A stretch of 64,000 nucleotides of DNA from Vulcanimicrobiota bacterium (GTDB lineage Bacteria > Vulcanimicrobiota > Vulcanimicrobiia > Vulcanimicrobiales > Vulcanimicrobiaceae): assembly GCA_963820185.1 (NCBI GenBank), contig CAWFYV010000003.1, forward strand, positions 365,706 through 429,705. The letters run 5' to 3'. Shown here piece after piece: positions 53,801-62,008 of the stretch (within the stretch, counting starts at the first letter, position 1; every line of letters begins with the position of its first letter). A program made the position numbers and the translations under genes. The notes beneath the pieces are model-generated. The model was not told the DNA's origin. It made no database searches and worked only from the letters and a program-made list of their open reading frames with translations.

Positions 53801-54713
53801 TGCTGTTGTCGATCAAGCGGAAGGCTTGATTGTATCCGCTCAGGCCGACGTAGTAGCTGAAATTCCGGTCAGGCGATGCGCCGCCGGCTTCAACCTTGGC
53901 TTGATGGTAGAACGCGTCCGACGCGATGCCGCCACCGAAGTTGGCATAGCCCGGATACGTTCCAGTCTTGATGACCTGGTTGACGAAGCCCGAAGTACCC
54001 GAGCTTGAGTTCGACGCAGGGCCACCGCCGGTATACACTTGCAACTCTTGTAGACCGAGGTTCGATTCGGTCGACGCGTTGTAGTTGTCAAATGCGCGGT
54101 TTACCGGAACGCCGTCGTATTCGAAACCGGTGAAGAACGACTGAGAACCACGAATGAATACATTCTGGTTCCAGCCCATTCCACCGATGGTGACGTTGAC
54201 GCCGGGTACTGCGGCAATTGCCGAGTACGCGGAGTTCAGGTTGCTACCGCCGCCAAGTGCGCCTGCGGCAGCGATCGTCGCCGAGTTGACGTTATAAACA
54301 TCGCCGCCGACGCCCGCCTTGACGAGCGAGCCGGCCGCGGTTGAAGTAACGTTGGCGATGGTTTTTAGTTGCCGCTGCAACTGGAAGGAGAGTGCGAGCT
54401 GGTTATCAGCGAAAACCGTGATACCTGACTCGGAGAGGGGAGCATAGCCTTCCTTGACGATCGACACCGTATAAGTATCCGGTGCGAGAGCAAGGAACGT
54501 GAAATGTCCCGAAGCGTCAGTTGTACCGTTCGCGGCTTGCGATGCAGAGAGAACTTTTACGCTCGCTCCGGCAACCGCTTTGCCTTGATCGTCTGTTACG
54601 TAGCCACCGATACCGCCAGTCACGCCTGCCAGTGCCCATGTTCCCTGGAGCAGGAATGCGACTGTGAGTGCCAGCGCCACGGCCACCTGACGGATGGTCC
54701 GTTTGCTTGTCAT
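50819..54713 (-). pseudogene. TonB-dependent-receptor-like outer membrane protein with N-terminal carboxypeptidase-regulatory-like domain; 3' end broken by three frame changes
   Basis: Signal peptide, GYVTDDQGKAVAGASVKV...GHFTFLALAPDTYTV, plug-like region, long Gly/Asn/Tyr-rich barrel. Sense moves between frames at about 51555, 51465 and 51305-51325, and ends in the terminal strand NVYVTFNVKL. Confidence 0.7.
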
Positions 54714-54874
54714 TGATAGCCCTCAATTGTGTTGTAGTGACATATCCGTCTCGCACGTGCGAGACCGCCAACAAGCGACCCATTCAAGCAACCGCCTGCG
54801 CGGCCTCAAACAAGTCTCAAATTGACGTGAGGCTCGAATTCTCTCGACTAAGGTCGCATCCTTTAAGCAAGCTT

Positions 54875-54908
54875 AAAAAATGAGGGGCCGCTTGGACCAG
54901 GCGACCCC
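54875..54908 (-). terminator. intrinsic terminator after sucD (GGGGUCGC/GCGGCCCC stem, then UCAUUUUUU)
   Basis: Read directly on the minus strand. 7 of 8 stem pairs, 9-nt loop, six U residues. Confidence 0.55.
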
Positions 54909-54933
54909 CCGTTTCTTAAGGTTCCCCTCTCGT

Positions 54934-55812
54934 CTAGACCAGGGTTGCCATCCGCTCCGCAAGCAGGCCGGGCAGTTGCGATGGCCGGTCGGCCACCGGC
55001 ACGCTCGCCGCCTGGAACGCCTTGATCTTGCTCTCCGCGGTACCGAACGCACCGGAGATGATTGCGCCCGCGTGCCCGAGCGACTTACCCGGCGGCGCGT
55101 TGCGGCCGCCGACGAACGCGACGATCGGCATCCCGGCGAGGTGCTCCTTGATGAAGGCGGCAGCGTCTTCTTCATCTGAGCCGCCGATCTCACCACAGAT
55201 CACGATCGCTTGCGTCTGCGGGTCGTTCTTGAACTCACGCAGGCAGTCGACAAACGTGGTCCCGATGATTGGATCACCACCGATGCCCACACAGGTCGAT
55301 TGGCCCAAGCCCGCGCGCGTCAGCCCGTCGACAACCTCGTACGTGAGGGTCCCGGAGCGCGAGATCAGTCCGACGTTGCCCTCTTTAAAGATGTGACCCG
55401 GCATGATGCCGACCGACGACTTGCCGGGTGAGATGAGGCCCGGGCAATTGGGGCCGATGATCCGCATGCCGGGCGTGGTCCCCACGACACGCAGCGTATC
55501 GTGAACCGGAACACCTTCGGTGATGCAGACCGAGAATCGCACGCCGGCTTCGTAGGCTTCGAAGAGTGCATCCGCGGCGCCGGCCGGCGGGACGAAGATA
55601 CACTGATGCGTCGCGCCGGTTGCCGCGACGCACTCCGCTACCGTATTAAAGACCGGCAGTCCGTGCTCGGTTTTTTGTCCGCCTTTGCCAGGCGTGACGC
55701 CACCGACGACTTTCGTGCCGTAGGCCAACATGCGTCCGGTGTGATAGGAGCCTTCCGCGCCGGTGATGCCTTGCACGAAAACCTTGCTGTTCTTATCGAG
55801 ATAGATACTCAT
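54934..55812 (-). CDS. sucD: succinate--CoA ligase subunit alpha
   Basis: VFVQGITGAEGSYH, GPNCPGLISP, SRSGTLTYE, GIGGDP, MGHAGAII. Confidence 0.95.
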   Translation of the reverse strand: MSIYLDKNSKVFVQGITGAEGSYHTGRMLAYGTKVVGGVTPGKGGQKTEHGLPVFNTVAECVAATGATHQCIFVPPAGAADALFEAYEAGVRFSVCITEGVPVHDTLRVVGTTPGMRIIGPNCPGLISPGKSSVGIMPGHIFKEGNVGLISRSGTLTYEVVDGLTRAGLGQSTCVGIGGDPIIGTTFVDCLREFKNDPQTQAIVICGEIGGSDEEDAAAFIKEHLAGMPIVAFVGGRNAPPGKSLGHAGAIISGAFGTAESKIKAFQAASVPVADRPSQLPGLLAERMATLV

Positions 55813-56972
55813 CGCGCCAACTCCACGGCGCGTTGTGCGCCTTCGTCCATCGTTTCAACCGGCGTCATGCCAGCCTCTTTGAGAATGCGCCGGCCTTCCT
55901 CTTCATTCGTACCGGTCAGCCGGATCACGAGCGGGATCTTGCGCGCCTTGGTCGTGCGCAACGCTTCGACGATCCCCTTGGCCACTTCGTCGCCGCGCGT
56001 GATGCCGCCGAAGATATTAATGAAGAACACCTTCGCCCCAGTGTGGTTGACGACGAGCTCGTAGCAGTTGCGTACGCGTTCCGCGTTCGCTCCGCCGCCG
56101 ACATCGAGGAAGTCCGCGATCTCGCCACCCGCGTTCTTCACCGCGTCCATCGTCGCCATCGCCAGGCCCGCACCGTTGGCCATCGTGCCTACCGTGCCGG
56201 GGAATCTGCGGAAGTTGCGAATGCCCAGCCCCGCTTCGACTGCGAGCGCTTCGTCGGGATCGAGCGGCAATGTCTTCTCCCACTCTTTGAGTTCCGGATG
56301 ACGAAAGAGCGCGTCGTCGTCGATTTCGACCTTCGCATCCGCGGCAATCACGCGCCCGTCTTTGGTGAGGATCAACGGGTTGATCTCGACCAGCTTTGCG
56401 CCGTAGGCGAAAAATAGATTGTACATGCCTGCGAGGATCGCCGGGAACGCCTTGCGATAACCCGCGTCGAGATCGGCTTTGAAGGCAAGCTCGCGCCCGA
56501 TGAACGGCGAGTACCCGATCGCCGTGTCCACGTAGAACGTGTGAAACGACTCGGGATGTTTCTCGTGCACCTCTTCCACGTCCATGCCGCCGAAGCGCGT
56601 CACAATGATTGCCGGCTTCTTCGTCGTGCGATCGACCGAGATCGCGCAGTACGACTCGAGCGCAACGTCAAGGGTCTCCTCAACCAGCACGGAGTTCACC
56701 GGCTCGCCGTTTGGATTCTGACGATTCGGCGGCATCGGCGTCGCCATGATCTCGGTTGCGGCTTTGCGCCCTTCTTCCGGCGTTGATGCGAACTTGATCT
56801 TGCCCGCTTTGCCGCGTCCGCCCATTAGCACTTGCGCTTTAATGACCCACTTGCCGGGGTTCTTCTCGATGAACGCCCCGACTTCGTCGGGCGTGTTGCA
56901 ATGTTGAGATCTGGGGACCGGTATGCCGCTGCGACGGAACAACTCTTTCCCCTGATACTCCATGAGATTCAT
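55809..56972 (-). CDS. sucC: succinate--CoA ligase subunit beta (ADP-forming)
   Basis: MNLMEYQGKELF, ATP-grasp domain, NGAGLAMATMD, NIFGGITR. Confidence 0.95.
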   Translation of the reverse strand: MNLMEYQGKELFRRSGIPVPRSQHCNTPDEVGAFIEKNPGKWVIKAQVLMGGRGKAGKIKFASTPEEGRKAATEIMATPMPPNRQNPNGEPVNSVLVEETLDVALESYCAISVDRTTKKPAIIVTRFGGMDVEEVHEKHPESFHTFYVDTAIGYSPFIGRELAFKADLDAGYRKAFPAILAGMYNLFFAYGAKLVEINPLILTKDGRVIAADAKVEIDDDALFRHPELKEWEKTLPLDPDEALAVEAGLGIRNFRRFPGTVGTMANGAGLAMATMDAVKNAGGEIADFLDVGGGANAERVRNCYELVVNHTGAKVFFINIFGGITRGDEVAKGIVEALRTTKARKIPLVIRLTGTNEEEGRRILKEAGMTPVETMDEGAQRAVELAR

Positions 56973-56974
56973 GC

Positions 56975-58138
56975 TTAATCTAACTTTCCAAGTAGCGATC
57001 TGGCGATGATAATGTGTTGGATTTCCGACGTGCCTTCGTAGATCTCGGTGATCTTGGCGTCACGGTAATACCGTTCGACCGGGAACTCGGTGGTGTAACC
57101 GTAGCCGCCGTGAATTTGAATCGCTTCGGCGGCGTGCTTGCGGGCGGCGGTCGAAGCGAAGAGTTTGGCTTTGCTGGCTTCGACTACGAACGGGCGGCCG
57201 GCATCGGCCAACGCACCAGCGCGGTAGACAAGGAGACGAGCCGCGTCGAGATCCATCGCCATCTGCGCGATCTTGAATGAAACCCCTTCAAAGGCGCCGA
57301 TCGCGCGCCCGAACGCTACGCGATCCTTCGCAAAGAGCACGGATGCGTCGAGACACGCAGCAACAATGCCGGTCGCCTGCGCCGCAATGCCGATGCGACC
57401 GCCGGCGAGCGCGTTCATTGCCGAACCGAAGCCTTCGCCCTCGCGGCCGAGCAACGCACTTGCCGCAACGCGCACGTCGTCGAAGGCGAGGTCGCACGTG
57501 TTGCTTGTGTGAATGCCGAGCTTCTCGGTGAGCTTCTCGACGGCGATGCCGGGCGCGGCGTTGTCGATAAGAAACGCACTGACGCCCCGGGCTCCGCCGC
57601 CGGCCGTGCGAAACATGCCCATCGTCACACCGGCAACGCTGCCGTTCGTGCACCACTGTTTACGTCCGTTGAGTACGTACGCGTCCCCGTCTTTGCGCGC
57701 CGTAGCACGAATCGCGGCAGCATCCGAGCCCGCGTCGGGCTCGGTGAGCGCAAAGCCGGCAATGACGTCACCCGTTGCAAGTTTTGGCAACCAGCGGCGC
57801 TTCTGGTCATCGCTGCCGAGGCGCGCGATCGCTGAGGCGATCATCGAGTGCACCGAAAGCGTTACCGCGCTGCCCGCGTCAACACGAGCAAGCTCCTCCA
57901 CGGCAAGCGCATACGCAACATATCCCGCGTCGACGCCGCCATAGGCTTCAGGCACGACGATCCCCATGATGCCTGCGTTGTTGAGCGTGGTGAACAGTTC
58001 ACGTGGGAAGACGTGCTCGCGATCCCAGCGCACGATGTTCGGCGCGATTTCGCGCTGCGCAATCTCGGCCGCGAGCGCAGCGACTTGGCGCTGTTCGTCG
58101 GTTAGATCGAACTGCGCACGCGCGGTTGAATCGATCAT
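56975..58138 (-). CDS. acyl-CoA dehydrogenase (short/medium-chain type)
   Basis: 387 aa. FALTEPDAGSDA, KQWCTNG, QIHGGYGYTTEFPVERYYRDAKITEIYEGTSEIQ. Confidence 0.9.
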   Translation of the reverse strand: MIDSTARAQFDLTDEQRQVAALAAEIAQREIAPNIVRWDREHVFPRELFTTLNNAGIMGIVVPEAYGGVDAGYVAYALAVEELARVDAGSAVTLSVHSMIASAIARLGSDDQKRRWLPKLATGDVIAGFALTEPDAGSDAAAIRATARKDGDAYVLNGRKQWCTNGSVAGVTMGMFRTAGGGARGVSAFLIDNAAPGIAVEKLTEKLGIHTSNTCDLAFDDVRVAASALLGREGEGFGSAMNALAGGRIGIAAQATGIVAACLDASVLFAKDRVAFGRAIGAFEGVSFKIAQMAMDLDAARLLVYRAGALADAGRPFVVEASKAKLFASTAARKHAAEAIQIHGGYGYTTEFPVERYYRDAKITEIYEGTSEIQHIIIARSLLGKLD

Positions 58139-58153
58139 GTGCTTACGGCGGCT

Positions 58154-59494
58154 CTAACCGACCTTGACCAACATCGCATCGCCCTGGCCGCCGCCCGAGC
58201 AAATCGCAGCGATGCCATACCCGCCACCGCGGCGACGCAACTGATTGATCAACGTCCCAACGATGCGCGCACCGGATGCGCCGACCGGATGGCCCATCGC
58301 TACCGCGCCACCAAAGAGGTTGACGTGCTCTTCGCCGACGCCCAAATTGCGCGCCGAGGTAATTGCGACATTGGCAAAGGCTTCGTTGATCTCCCACACC
58401 GCGATGTCTTTGGTGGAAAGGCCGGTGCGATCGAGCAGCTTCTGCGCCGACATGGCCGGCGTCATGCAAATGTACGGCGAGTCCCAGCCCACGGTTGCAT
58501 GGTCGAGCACCGTCGCGAGCGGCGCGATGCCGTGCTCGCGCGCGTACGCCGCGTCAGCGAGAATCAACGCGGCAGCCCCGTCGTTGACGCCCGGCGCATT
58601 AGCAGCCGTAACGGTGCCGTCTTTCTCCAGCGGTTTAAGCTTGGCCATGGACTCGAGGCTCGCGTCGCCGCGCACGGCTTCGTCGCGATCGACCAGCGTA
58701 AACGGCGCGTCACCGGTGAGGAACGGGGCCCACGAGGCGTAATCGAGCGTGAAGCGCTCCGAGGGTTCGTGACTCCACACCTTGCTCGAGCCGCCAACGG
58801 TCGTCGGCACGCGCGCGGCGCCCCGCTGCGGCAGCGCATCGACGACGATCTTGCCCTTGGCTTTGGTCGCGACGCGAACCGGCACGATTTCGTCCGCAAA
58901 GTTGCCGGCCTCGTGCGCAGCGTGCGCGCGGCGGTGACTCTCGTAGGCGAAGCGATCTTGTTCCTCGCGCGTCATCCCAAATTCGTTTGCGACGTGACTG
59001 CCTTGCGTCGCCATCGTCATCGGGAAATATTGATCCCAAAGCGCGTCGTAGATCATTGCGTCTATCAGCGTCCCATCGCCGAAGCGATAGCCGCTACGCG
59101 CCTCCTTGAGTAAGTAGGGCGCGTTGGACATCGACTCCATGCCGCCGGCAGCGACGACGCGATTCGCGCCCGTATTGATTAAGCGCATCGCTGTTGCGAT
59201 CGCAAGCATCCCCGACGCGCAAACCTTGTTGAGCGTCTCGGCGGTCACGGTCTTGGCGAGGCCCGCTTTGAACAACACTTGCCGCGCGGGATTCTGTCCG
59301 ACGCCTGCCTGCAAGACTTCGCCAAGCGCAACGTGCTCGACGTCGCTCGGATCGATGCCGGCGCGCTGCAACGCTCCGACTAAAGCCGCAGCCCCGAGCG
59401 TTGTCGCGTCGAGGGATGCAAGCGCCCCGTTCAGCTTGCCGAACGGCGTGCGTGCGAGGGAGAGGACGACGGTTTGCGATTCCATGGAAGCCAT
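58154..59494 (-). CDS. acetyl-CoA C-acetyltransferase (thiolase II) with an internal insertion of about 48 aa
   Basis: NKVCASGMLAI (active-site Cys), NAPGVNDGAAA, GGAVAMGHPVGASGARI, CSGGGQG. Trimmed to ATG 59494. Confidence 0.9.
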   Translation of the reverse strand: MASMESQTVVLSLARTPFGKLNGALASLDATTLGAAALVGALQRAGIDPSDVEHVALGEVLQAGVGQNPARQVLFKAGLAKTVTAETLNKVCASGMLAIATAMRLINTGANRVVAAGGMESMSNAPYLLKEARSGYRFGDGTLIDAMIYDALWDQYFPMTMATQGSHVANEFGMTREEQDRFAYESHRRAHAAHEAGNFADEIVPVRVATKAKGKIVVDALPQRGAARVPTTVGGSSKVWSHEPSERFTLDYASWAPFLTGDAPFTLVDRDEAVRGDASLESMAKLKPLEKDGTVTAANAPGVNDGAAALILADAAYAREHGIAPLATVLDHATVGWDSPYICMTPAMSAQKLLDRTGLSTKDIAVWEINEAFANVAITSARNLGVGEEHVNLFGGAVAMGHPVGASGARIVGTLINQLRRRGGGYGIAAICSGGGQGDAMLVKVG

Positions 59495-59568
59495 AACTCG
59501 TTCAGATTTCGGGAAGGGTGCAGCCTTTACTTCCCTTTTAAAGGTGCTCCGTCCGAGACTCCCACGAG

Positions 59569-60453
59569 TTACGGCTGGTCCGAGGGGCAGATGACGATTC
59601 CGCCGGGATCGCAGTGCTCGCACTCTAGCTGCACCGTCACGTGCCCGATGCCGTACCGTTCGCGCACCATGGTACGCAACCGTTCCAGAATCTGCGGACT
59701 CTGCAGCAGCTGGCCGGGATCGATCAAGAGATGCGCCGAGAGTGCGTGCGATCCGCTGCCAATCGTCCAGACATGCAGATCGTGCACGCCCTCGATGCCG
59801 GCAAGCGTGCGGATCTGCGACTCGACGTCGGCTGAATCGACGCCGGGTGGCGCCGCTTCCAGCAGCACGTCGCTCGCATCGCGCAAGACACCGGCTACAC
59901 CAATCACGATGATGGCGGCGACAAAGAGCGAGAGCAGCGGATCGATCCACGCGGCGCCGGTCAGCGCGATCACCACGCCGCCGATGATTACGGCGAAGGC
60001 GCCGAGCGCGTCGCCCGCGACGTGTGCCAGCACCGCGCGCAGGTTGTAATTGTCATGCTGATGCCGCGCAAGGCCAAACCCAATCGCGACGTTGACCACG
60101 AGCCCGACCGCGGCGACTCCGGTCATCAGGAATCCGTGTGGTTCGACCGGTGCGTGAAAGCGCAGCATCGCCTGATACACGATCACGGCGGTGGCGCCCA
60201 AAAGTATCGCTCCATTGAGCAATGCGCCCAAGACCTCGAGACGACCATACCCAAATGTTTTCCGGCGATTTGCTCGCCGTGTCGCGCCGGTTGCGGCGAG
60301 TAACGCAATCCCAAGCGCAAGGACGTCGATGCAGACGTGCACCGCATCGGTCGTGAGCGCTATGCTATGTGAGGCTGCGCCGCCCCAGAACTCAAACGCC
60401 GCCACCGCGGCCGAAAGGATCAGCGCAAGTGTTAGACGTGCACGCGAGGACAT
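59569..60453 (-). CDS. cation diffusion facilitator family transporter (CzcD/ZitB-like)
   Basis: SIALTTDAVHVCIDV, FGYGRLEVLGAL, LAHVAGDALGA, cytoplasmic domain DLHVWTIGSG. Confidence 0.9.
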   Translation of the reverse strand: MSSRARLTLALILSAAVAAFEFWGGAASHSIALTTDAVHVCIDVLALGIALLAATGATRRANRRKTFGYGRLEVLGALLNGAILLGATAVIVYQAMLRFHAPVEPHGFLMTGVAAVGLVVNVAIGFGLARHQHDNYNLRAVLAHVAGDALGAFAVIIGGVVIALTGAAWIDPLLSLFVAAIIVIGVAGVLRDASDVLLEAAPPGVDSADVESQIRTLAGIEGVHDLHVWTIGSGSHALSAHLLIDPGQLLQSPQILERLRTMVRERYGIGHVTVQLECEHCDPGGIVICPSDQP

Positions 60454-60462
60454 GACACGCCG

Positions 60463-61071
60463 TTAGGCTCGGAGCGTCTTGAGCACGAGCACGCCGAGCA
60501 TTGCGCCGAAGGTGGCGAACGTGCGGCTTTCGGCTTCGCGTATCACGTTTGGATTCCAGCTTCCCTCACCGCCGGGCGCCGGCTGCGAGCGTGGCACGAC
60601 CGGTGGTACCTGCTCGCAATACCGGTCGAACGCTTCGCCGAACTCAGCACGAAGAAACGCTTCTTCGTGCGGAACGATCGTTGCATACACCGCAGCCATC
60701 GCAGCGAGCGATCCGCCGACGAGCGCAACTTTTGCGCCGAAACTATTCTTGCCCGTATAGGCGACGGCGAATCCGAGCGCGGTGACGAAGTTGCCGACGT
60801 AGAGCGGATTGCGTACGTAGGCATAGGGCCCGGCGGTTATCAAGCGCGGCGCTTCGACATGGTCGCCGCGTGTCGTTACGCCCGAGTAGCCAACTGCCCA
60901 GCAACGTATCAGTTCACCCGCGATCGCGACCGGAAGACCAAGCGCAACGCTCGTCGCGCTCGGTCGACCGAAAAGCGCGAGCATCGCGGCCGGAATCGCG
61001 AGCAGCAGGCCGCGATTCTTGAAGACGAGCGCTTGCAGATCGTCGTTGTTCGGTTCGTTCATCGGATCCAT
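60463..61071 (-). CDS. isoprenylcysteine carboxyl methyltransferase (ICMT/PEMT) family membrane methyltransferase
   Basis: LITAGPYAYVRNPLYVGNFVTALGFA and EEAFLRAEFGEAFDRY motifs. Confidence 0.75.
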   Translation of the reverse strand: MDPMNEPNNDDLQALVFKNRGLLLAIPAAMLALFGRPSATSVALGLPVAIAGELIRCWAVGYSGVTTRGDHVEAPRLITAGPYAYVRNPLYVGNFVTALGFAVAYTGKNSFGAKVALVGGSLAAMAAVYATIVPHEEAFLRAEFGEAFDRYCEQVPPVVPRSQPAPGGEGSWNPNVIREAESRTFATFGAMLGVLVLKTLRA

Positions 61072-61077
61072 GCGCTC

Positions 61078-62002
61078 TTAGCTGTTGGCGGCAGCGTTGT
61101 AGATATCCCGTATCGATGTGGGGAAAGGAATGTTTGGCGTCCATCCCGTCGCCGCGTGCAACTTCGACGGATCGCCGAGCGAAAGCGGTACATCCGATGG
61201 GCGCTGCCGCGCCGGATCGTCGCGGACCTCGACCGGCACGTGTGCTGCGATGATCAACTCGCGCAGTACGTCGCGAATTGAGCGGGCCGTGCCGCTGCAG
61301 ACGTTGTACGCCTCGCCACTCGCACCGTCGCGGGCGAGTGCGATGTAGGCGCGTACGACGTCGCGCACGTCGAGAAAATCGCGTTTCGCATCGAGGTTGC
61401 CAACGTAGAGCTGCGGCGGCGCGCCGGCGGCGATCTTGCGCGAGCTGCTTGGCAAAGTTCGCAACGACGAACCGGTCGCTCTGTCCGGGACCGATGTGAT
61501 TGAAGGCGCGCGCGATCACGACGTCAAGCCCGAGACTGCGCGCTTCCCCAAGCAACAGCATCTCCGCCGCCGCTTTGCTCGCTGCGTACGGATTGGCCGG
61601 AGAGGGCGCGATCGATTCCGACAACGGATATGCCTGCGCGGGTTGCGCGCCGTAGACTTCGGCGGAGCTCGTGAAAAGCAGCCGCACGTTCGCCCCGGTG
61701 TCGCGCATGTGCTCCCGTATGGCTTGGGCGACGTTGGCCGTACCTCGTACGTTGGTCACATACGTCGCCATGGGCGCGGCCAGCGACTCCGGAACGAACG
61801 TGACCGCTGCAAGGTGAAAGACGACCTGCGGTCGTCCGAGTTCAAGCGCTGCGCGCAACGACGCGAGATCGAGCACGTCGACCGGCAGCGCGTCGATGTC
61901 GTGCGGCCCTCCGCACCCAAGCGTTTCATAACCCGCCTTCTGCAGCGCTTCGAGAAGATATCGGCCGACGAACCCGGTTGCACCGGTGACAAGCGCGCGC
62001 AT
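61078..62002 (-). pseudogene. rmd: GDP-4-dehydro-6-deoxy-D-mannose reductase (Rmd-like SDR), frame broken near 61438
   Basis: N-part MRALVTGATGFVGRYL...SSAEVYG...PYAASKAAAE...FNHIGPGQSDRFVVANFAKQLA in ORF 60914..62002. C-part IAAGAPPQLYVGNLDAKRDFLDVRDVVRAY... in ORF 61078..61464. Frames meet at gcg-c-aag. Confidence 0.7.
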
Positions 62003-62008
62003 GTTCGA

